From: Candidatus Altiarchaeota archaeon
Lineage (GTDB): Archaea > Altiarchaeota > Altiarchaeia > IMC4 > SCGC-AAA252-I15
DNA: 12,602 bases
Direction: 5' to 3'
Assembly: GCA_043813075.1 (NCBI GenBank)
Contig: JBDRLL010000021.1
Coordinates: 1-12,602, forward strand
In this document: positions 6,958 to 12,602 of the stretch, in pieces
Layout of the letters: each line of letters opens with the position of its first letter
How positions within the stretch are numbered: position 1 is the stretch's first letter
Made by a program: the position numbers and the translations under genes
Notes under the pieces: generated by a model
The model's database searches: none
What the model was told of the DNA's origin: nothing
Seen by the model: only the letters and a program-made list of their open reading frames with translations

Positions 6958-8246
6958 TGTATTCCCAGGCTGTTTCCGACTATTTTTTTGATGTAGTCTG
7001 GGTGCGTTCCCAGGCGTATTAGGGTCGTGTTGCCTCTGAATCCGCTCCCGCTTATGCTTAGGGTTACGAGTCCCAGCATCTCCAGCTCCTTCAGGTATTC
7101 CCCGAACCATCTCATCGTCCTTGGATTGCGGTTCAGGGCCTTGCATATTTTCTCGTAGTTCTCGTACACTTCGCCGGATACTAGTACGTCGTCAGGCAGG
7201 TCGCTCAGGCGCTTGTATTGGCTGCCCCTGGTTATCCTGTCTGCTATGCTGTATAATGCTATCTGCTGGTGTTCTGGCAGCGTCGTGATGAGTTCGAATA
7301 TGATGTCCTCCTCTACCTTGCTTTTGGCTTCCTTGACGTCATCCCGGTTAACGCGTTTTCTCTTGTCGTTCTGGGCTATCTCTCCCGCCGTCTGCAGGAG
7401 TTTCAGGGCGTATCTCGCGTCGCCGTTGGTCTGGGCGGCGTATGCCGCTATCAAGCCTATGTTCGATTCTGATATGGCCCTGGCTCTGAAGCCCAGCTTA
7501 ACCCTCTGGACTAGTATGGTCTTCAGTTGTTTCGCGTTGTAGGGTTTGAAAACTAGTTCCTGCTCGCATAGGGTGCTCTTGGTCCTGGGGTCGAGGCTGT
7601 TTTTGAACGAGTACCTGTTTGATATGCCTATTATGCTGACGCTACCCCTCCTCTTAACTCCGTCGACATCAGCCTCGTTTATCTCGTCGTTCACCCTGGT
7701 CAGGATGTATATCAGGTCGTCGACGTCCTTTATCATGTCCACCTCGTCGAGGACTGCGATTAGTTTGATGGCGTTGGCTTCCACCACCTTCTTCATCTTG
7801 TCGTAGAGTTCGGTCGGCGACCTTCCGCTCAGCTTGCCGTTCTTGACTCCCGTAAGGGGTGATTTCCTCAAGTCTTCGCCTGTCAGCTTCTCATCCTCGA
7901 GAAGCCTTATGAGGACCTGGTATTTGCTGTTGTAGCCTAGCCTGCAGTTCATGTAGCATACGATGACGCGGACCTTGTTCTTGTTCCTCTTCTCGTCCGC
8001 GACCACTTCATCCAGCTCCCCCATCACCCGCTTGACGACACTCGTCTTTCCCGTGCCTGTCTTGCCGTACAGGAAGAGGTTGTTGGGTTTCGCGTCATTC
8101 AATATCGGGGCTAGAATCTGTGTTACCTGCTTTATCTCATGGCTCCTGTAGGGGAGTTCCTTGGGCACGTAGTGCGGTGAAAGCACGTTCAGATCCTTGA
8201 AAACCCCCATCTCCTTTATCTCATCGTCGAATAGTCTGCCGGTCAT
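6954..8246 (-). CDS. cdc6: Orc1/Cdc6 family replication initiation AAA+ ATPase
   Basis: LSPHYVPKELPYR, Walker A GKTGTGKT, Walker B VLDEVD, IIGISN, LDPRTKS, FKPYNAKQLKTIL, GDARYAL, and a C-terminal winged helix (LKELEMLGLV..GFRGNT). Confidence 0.96.
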   Translation of the reverse strand: MTGRLFDDEIKEMGVFKDLNVLSPHYVPKELPYRSHEIKQVTQILAPILNDAKPNNLFLYGKTGTGKTSVVKRVMGELDEVVADEKRNKNKVRVIVCYMNCRLGYNSKYQVLIRLLEDEKLTGEDLRKSPLTGVKNGKLSGRSPTELYDKMKKVVEANAIKLIAVLDEVDMIKDVDDLIYILTRVNDEINEADVDGVKRRGSVSIIGISNRYSFKNSLDPRTKSTLCEQELVFKPYNAKQLKTILVQRVKLGFRARAISESNIGLIAAYAAQTNGDARYALKLLQTAGEIAQNDKRKRVNRDDVKEAKSKVEEDIIFELITTLPEHQQIALYSIADRITRGSQYKRLSDLPDDVLVSGEVYENYEKICKALNRNPRTMRWFGEYLKELEMLGLVTLSISGSGFRGNTTLIRLGTHPDYIKKIVGNSLGIH

Positions 8247-8361
8247 CTTTGAGGTTTACAATAATGGAATATGCCGTAAAAAAACCCGTGGAAGTCTTTT
8301 TTTAAGCGTTTAATACAAATATTATGATAGAATTACGTTTTTCATTATGTGAGGGGATTAT
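8247..8361. promoter_or_regulatory. AT-rich divergent promoter region between cdc6 and sepF
   Basis: 115-bp AT-rich spacer with A7 and T8 tracts, TATA-like tttaata/aatattat, and a purine-rich SD-like gagggg at 8351-8356 before the sepF ATG. Confidence 0.65.
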
Positions 8362-8757
8362 ATGGTTTTAGACAAGTTATTCGGTGGTGGCGGCGGCCGC
8401 AATCCGGGTGGAGAAGATATCGACATTGAGGACTATCTTAACGATCTTAGTCTTAGGGACGGTAAGATAGTTGAGAGTGAGGACATAACGTATGTGAAGC
8501 CGATTGACGTCGACAGTGACGGTAAGGGTCTTGGGAACGTCTTGGCTGAGCTTGAGAAGGGCAATGTTGTCGTATTGAGTCTCAGGAGTCTCATGCACAA
8601 CAAGTCTGTGTTGCGATCTCTCGTGAAGGAGCTTAGGGACGCGTGCCTTGACATGGACGGCGACATCGGCCGCATATCAGAGGACAAGCTTCTTGTCGTG
8701 CCGAGCGGAATGCGCATAGTCCAGAGGGGCGCTGTCACAATAAGCAGTGGCGTGTGA
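8362..8757 (+). CDS. sepF: Cell division protein SepF (archaeal type)
   Basis: Short amphipathic N-terminus (MVLDKLFG), acidic linker, then YVKPI..ELEKGNVVVL..LVKELR..DGDIGRISEDKLLVVPSGMRI; 131 aa. Confidence 0.88.
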   Translation: MVLDKLFGGGGGRNPGGEDIDIEDYLNDLSLRDGKIVESEDITYVKPIDVDSDGKGLGNVLAELEKGNVVVLSLRSLMHNKSVLRSLVKELRDACLDMDGDIGRISEDKLLVVPSGMRIVQRGAVTISSGV

Positions 8758-8777
8758 ACACGACCATATCTCTTAAC

Positions 8778-8790
8778 CTCTTTTTTTATA
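8778..8790 (+). terminator. Oligo-T terminator after sepF
   Basis: ctctttttttata lies about 20 nt after the stop, between convergent genes. Confidence 0.5.
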
Positions 8791-8820
8791 TTCTCTAGGA
8801 TTAGTGTTGGGTGTTTGTGT

Positions 8821-9549
8821 TCAACCGAATATGGATTCATTGGGGAATACTTTAATCCCTTCGCCGGTTATCTTCATTGGCCGCGTGTGCTTGTCGAAGT
8901 CTGTTCCACGCATCTTCTGTATGCTTAGCGCTGATAGTCTCTCCCCCTCGGTCTCGACGAGGCTGAGTTTTACGACTCCGCTGGCGAGGAATTCCTCCAT
9001 CAGTATGTCCGGCCCGCTGCTTTCCGATGTGAGTAGTGTGGTGCAGTTCGTGGCTATCAGGAAGTTCATGAGCCCGACAATGCCTCTCCTGACTTCCAGC
9101 TCGTTTTCATACAGCATTTTGATGCTGGTGAGCGAGTCTATGACTATCCTGTTGGGCTTGTAGCTTACCAGTATGTTCCTTACGGCTTCGATAAGCGTCT
9201 TCAGCGTGAATTCCGGCTTTGATATGACTCCCGTCGTCTTGATCGTCCATATGCCGGTGCCTATGTCCTGCATGGTGTCGAGTATCTTTATCCTCTGGAT
9301 GTCCCAGCCGAAGCTTGACATGTCCTCCTTCAGCTGGTCTGCCTGCTCTTCCAGCGCGACATAGAGGACTTTCTCATTGTTTCTGATGCCTTCCATGAGG
9401 AATTGCATGCACATTATGGTCTTGCCGACTCCCGGACCTCCTATAAGAACGTATGGCCTGCCTTCTATGAGGCCTCCTCCAAGCATTTCGTCGAGGCCTT
9501 GTATGCCGGTCTTGATTTTGTTCATCGTGTATAATTCATTGTCCTCCAT
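8821..9549 (-). CDS. Single-domain KaiC-like RecA-superfamily ATPase
   Basis: KTGIQGLDEMLGGG, Walker A GGPGVGKT, catalytic LEE, Walker B IVIDSLT, TTLLTSE, EEFLASGVVKL, KMRGT; 242 aa. Confidence 0.92.
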   Translation of the reverse strand: MEDNELYTMNKIKTGIQGLDEMLGGGLIEGRPYVLIGGPGVGKTIMCMQFLMEGIRNNEKVLYVALEEQADQLKEDMSSFGWDIQRIKILDTMQDIGTGIWTIKTTGVISKPEFTLKTLIEAVRNILVSYKPNRIVIDSLTSIKMLYENELEVRRGIVGLMNFLIATNCTTLLTSESSGPDILMEEFLASGVVKLSLVETEGERLSALSIQKMRGTDFDKHTRPMKITGEGIKVFPNESIFG

Positions 9550-9565
9550 GTATTAAAAACCCTGT

Positions 9566-10108
9566 TCAGAGTGGTTTCTCGCATACTGTCCTGTATTCCG
9601 GTCCTTTTGGCGTTAGACTGCTTTCCATAAGCAGTATCCTGTCTGCCAGGTATGTCCCGTAGCTCCTTCTTGAGAGTTTTTTAATCGCATCCAGGAGGCG
9701 TTTACAGTCTTCCAGTTGTTTCACCCTCGCTATCGTGATGTGGGGGTGGAACCTGTCGTCTTCCCTGAGGCCTATGTCTTTTAGTCTGGCGTCTGCTTCT
9801 TCGTGTAGCCTTATGGCTTGTTCCGCTCCTTCGCTGACCCCCGCCCATATGACCTTCGGCCTCCCCTGGTTGGGGAATGCGCCGATGCCTGCGACGTGTA
9901 TGTTGAATGGTCCGGAATTTAACTCTCCCAGTGCATTGGCCGTCTTCTCGGCTTGTGTCTTGCTGATGTCGCCAAGGAATTTCAGCGTCAAATGCATGTT
10001 CTCTTTTTCAACAGCCTTCATCCTCCCGCACTGGATTATGCTCTCTTGCGCTTCGGTTAGTCTCTCCTTGACTTCATGGGGGCAGGGTATGGCTATGAAG
10101 CACCTCAT
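9566..10108 (-). CDS. thpR: RNA 2',3'-cyclic phosphodiesterase (2H phosphoesterase, '2'-5' RNA ligase')
   Basis: MRCFIAI, two HxT motifs (HLTLKFLG, FHPHITIAR), GAFP..PKVIWAG and ESSLTPKGPEY. Confidence 0.95.
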   Translation of the reverse strand: MRCFIAIPCPHEVKERLTEAQESIIQCGRMKAVEKENMHLTLKFLGDISKTQAEKTANALGELNSGPFNIHVAGIGAFPNQGRPKVIWAGVSEGAEQAIRLHEEADARLKDIGLREDDRFHPHITIARVKQLEDCKRLLDAIKKLSRRSYGTYLADRILLMESSLTPKGPEYRTVCEKPL

Positions 10109-11373
10109 AAACCACCCTCCCTCACAATTTCACTGAGTTTTCTATGGTATCGGACTCCGAAATCCTGTACTTCGCTGGCTGGCACCGGACTTCCCGCAAG
10201 GTATGAGGCGAGCTTAACGCGGAATGCCCTCACCTCCTCTTGTGTCGCCTGCCATTCCTCCCTCCGGCCATAGTTGGTGTCTTCGTTTCTGCCTTGCCTT
10301 AGGAACGCCGATACTGAAAGTGCGATGTCCACTTTCGCCGGGAAATTTAGCCTCACCCCGTCTGCCCCCGGCTTCTCTCCTTTGAGCGTTCTCTCCAACC
10401 CGTCTATCCTGTATTTGCCGAAAGTATCCTCCATGTACCCTTCCTTTAGGAGCATGGTCTTGATGTGGCCCGGCTGGAATATGTAGTCTGAAGTGTATCT
10501 GCCGTTATCGCTGCTAGTCCTGTATCTCCTGACAGCCCTCCTCGCATACATCCACCATCTTTTCCTTAGAGCATCTTCAGCTTCTTCTGGTGGAAGGGAC
10601 TCTTCAACCTTGTCTCGCGTAATGTCCAGCCACCTCTCCCTCTGGCCTCCGGTAGGCCTTTTCTTGTCGACTCCGGACGACCATAGTAGCGTGATACTGT
10701 CGTAGGGCATGTTGAATCCGTCCGCTATCATGCTCCTAGCGTGCTTCACGCACTGTCCTGTGAAAGTGCCCATAGCGCAGCCGTCTTTCACAGCGTCCTC
10801 AGGTCTTCGGCCAGTCATAGCTGCCATGCTCCCTCTTATCCCATTAATGTCACTGTTGTTAAGGGATTTGTAGTATATGCTTACGCGTTCGGGCCCCATT
10901 ATCCTCATCGCCTGTGCTATCAGCCAGAGTTCGTTGTACTGTCCTTCAAAGCCCTCCCTCCTGACGGCCTGTTTTTTCCTCTGGGCGACCGGCATGTAGT
11001 TTAACCCTTCAATGGGGTTCTCCTCGAACATTCCGTCCCTGTACCTCATCTTGAGCATCTCAAAGTCGTGTTCTGTCACCGTGTGCGAGACTACTATGAG
11101 TCTCGAGTAGTGGTTCCTGGACTCATCCCTGATCCGGTCAAGCATCCGGGGGGCCATGGCGTACTCCTCCTCTATCCTGTCTATAGTATGCCTGTCCCTT
11201 ACCAGGTCAAAGTCGACTACCCCGGTCCTGCCTGCATTGGTGTTCGTCTCGAAGAAAGGGTGTACCAACAGGATAAGCCGTGCCCTAGGCTTCTCCCCCA
11301 CCCTCTCTATTATGGCTGGGGCAGTATTGACTCCCGGCACTTCAGGGCCTACGGCCGGTGGTGCTAGGGTCAT
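10105..11373 (-). CDS. Hypothetical protein, 422 aa; possible remote cysteine-hydrolase (isochorismatase-like) fold
   Basis: Long ORF whose stop overlaps the thpR start (ATGA) and whose start abuts the upstream stop. Motifs LILLVHPFF and MGTFTGQCV. The CDS is well supported; the function is weakly supported. Confidence 0.7.
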   Translation of the reverse strand: MTLAPPAVGPEVPGVNTAPAIIERVGEKPRARLILLVHPFFETNTNAGRTGVVDFDLVRDRHTIDRIEEEYAMAPRMLDRIRDESRNHYSRLIVVSHTVTEHDFEMLKMRYRDGMFEENPIEGLNYMPVAQRKKQAVRREGFEGQYNELWLIAQAMRIMGPERVSIYYKSLNNSDINGIRGSMAAMTGRRPEDAVKDGCAMGTFTGQCVKHARSMIADGFNMPYDSITLLWSSGVDKKRPTGGQRERWLDITRDKVEESLPPEEAEDALRKRWWMYARRAVRRYRTSSDNGRYTSDYIFQPGHIKTMLLKEGYMEDTFGKYRIDGLERTLKGEKPGADGVRLNFPAKVDIALSVSAFLRQGRNEDTNYGRREEWQATQEEVRAFRVKLASYLAGSPVPASEVQDFGVRYHRKLSEIVREGGL

Positions 11374-12417
11374 CTACTCCCTCCCCATTCTCCTCTCCAG
11401 TATTATCATGTATGTTGCGTCTCCTATGGTCAGGTCGTCTGGCTTTACGGGCGGCTTGAATCTGCCGGTCCCATAGTCGTATGGTCTGACCATCACGTTG
11501 AAGCCTTGTTTCTCAAGAGCCTTTAACTCCCTCTGCAGGATGGATTCCGCCTGTATCTGCATGAGGGCTGCCTTAGGGTCTCCCGTGTAACTCAAGCCCT
11601 TAGGTATATCCCGTATCCCACTCTCCTTATCTAAGTATGCTCCCAACGTGTCCAGGGATTCTGTTGACTTCAGCAGGTCCTTGAAATACCACACCATCGT
11701 CGAATATGGTACCGGATAGCTGCTGGATATTATCCCGCATCCTCCGGGAGCGAGGGATTCCGCCATGTTTCTTACGGCAAGGTGCTGCATGGGACTGTAG
11801 GGGAATGCGGCATGGCTGACTGCCAGGTCGAAACGCCCCCTGAATCCCTCTGGCATCCGTTCGAATGGTGTGACGACATATTCGTCCACCCTCTCGTGGG
11901 GGTAGTACCTTAGTGTGGTTGCGGTGGCGTGCATGCGGGATGGGTCTTCCATCTCCCGCTTCTTCCTTGAGATGAACTGGCATTTCGCTGCCCCATAGTC
12001 CACTACCCTCACCACACCCTTCCTCCCCAGAGTCTGCGCGAGCCTCCTGTCGAACTCCACCTCAATGTCCTCATGGTATTCTCTCCTGGATCCTGGGAAG
12101 TGGCCTTCAACCCGCGCTTCTGGACTGGAGTAGGCTTTAATGTATTCGTCAAACACCCGCCTGGAGTCGAGCGTGAACAGCTCCCTATAGTATGTTCTTA
12201 ACGCCCTCTCCTCCTCTCCAGTCGGCTCTATGAGGGGTTTATGCCTGAAAAGCTCGCCTAAATCCTTCCGCGGGTCTGAGGATGTGAAGGCGTAGCCGCT
12301 TTCCTCCCTTATCCTCGGCAGCCTTCCAGTGTATTCGGCAGCTATCATCCGCCTCGTCTGCCTGTTGATTCCCCTATCGTCCCCCGCAACCCGGTTGTCC
12401 GAGTCTATCACCGGCAT
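11374..12417 (-). CDS. Class I SAM-dependent methyltransferase-domain protein
   Basis: VRVVDYGAAKCQF (variant motif I), FERMPEGFRGRFDLAVSHAAFPY and ESLAPGGCGII. Long charged N- and C-terminal extensions; exact start uncertain. Confidence 0.78.
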   Translation of the reverse strand: MPVIDSDNRVAGDDRGINRQTRRMIAAEYTGRLPRIREESGYAFTSSDPRKDLGELFRHKPLIEPTGEEERALRTYYRELFTLDSRRVFDEYIKAYSSPEARVEGHFPGSRREYHEDIEVEFDRRLAQTLGRKGVVRVVDYGAAKCQFISRKKREMEDPSRMHATATTLRYYPHERVDEYVVTPFERMPEGFRGRFDLAVSHAAFPYSPMQHLAVRNMAESLAPGGCGIISSSYPVPYSTMVWYFKDLLKSTESLDTLGAYLDKESGIRDIPKGLSYTGDPKAALMQIQAESILQRELKALEKQGFNVMVRPYDYGTGRFKPPVKPDDLTIGDATYMIILERRMGRE

Positions 12418-12454
12418 ATGTTATTTTTACCCGTTATTCCCATAATAATCCACA

Positions 12455-12602
12455 ATGTTTCCCGGAGGAATGAACCCCAAGCAGATGAAGAAGATGATGC
12501 AGCGGATGGGCGTCAAGATGGATGAGATTCCAGCCGAGGAGGTCATCATCAGGGGTTTGGACAATGAGATCAGGATAACGGAGCCTCAGGTGATACGGAC
12601 GG
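12455..12602 (+). CDS. nac: Nascent polypeptide-associated complex protein, 3'-partial
   Basis: Not in the ORF track. Manual translation gives MFPGGMNPKQMKKMMQRMGVKMDEIPAEEVIIRGLDNEIRITEPQVIRT..., the typical archaeal NAC N-terminus. Confidence 0.93.
   Translation, partial: MFPGGMNPKQMKKMMQRMGVKMDEIPAEEVIIRGLDNEIRITEPQVIRT

Noticed and set aside
8821-9549. Circadian clock KaiC, RadA/RadB or ArlH assignment
   Set aside because: It is a single domain without the KaiC CII Ser-Thr phosphosite, with no kaiA/kaiB or archaellum genes nearby and no RadA N-terminal domain, so no gene symbol is given.
9709-9728. ORB-like ttccagttgtttcaccc inside thpR, and ttccagtg near 12324
   Set aside because: Isolated partial matches inside coding sequence, compatible with chance.

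Overview
Archaeal chromosomal segment; gene set and Thr-rich linkers suggest a DPANN/Altiarchaeota-like lineage (inference). Left 5.2 kb, + strand: a two-gene cell-surface locus. The first gene is a 5'-truncated giant modular protein (frame open from base 2): alkaline-phosphatase-superfamily NPP-type domain, CARDB x2, carbohydrate-binding-like beta-sandwiches, a PSI-like Cys module, a Thr linker and two acidic Cys 'MopE-like' repeats. Three bases later comes a signal-peptide-bearing, phage-tail-fibre-like protein with a divergent S74-type chaperone tail. Middle: pdaD divergent from an MFS transporter, and cdc6/orc1 divergent from sepF. Right: a tightly packed minus-strand cluster (SAM methyltransferase, unknown 422-aa protein, thpR, single-domain KaiC-like ATPase) divergent from a partial nac. 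Two compositional anomalies stand out: a GC step inside the phosphodiesterase domain near base 300, and an extreme T/A strand skew starting near 5200. No rRNA, tRNA, CRISPR array or transposase was seen. All domain calls come from motif recognition by eye; no searches were run.
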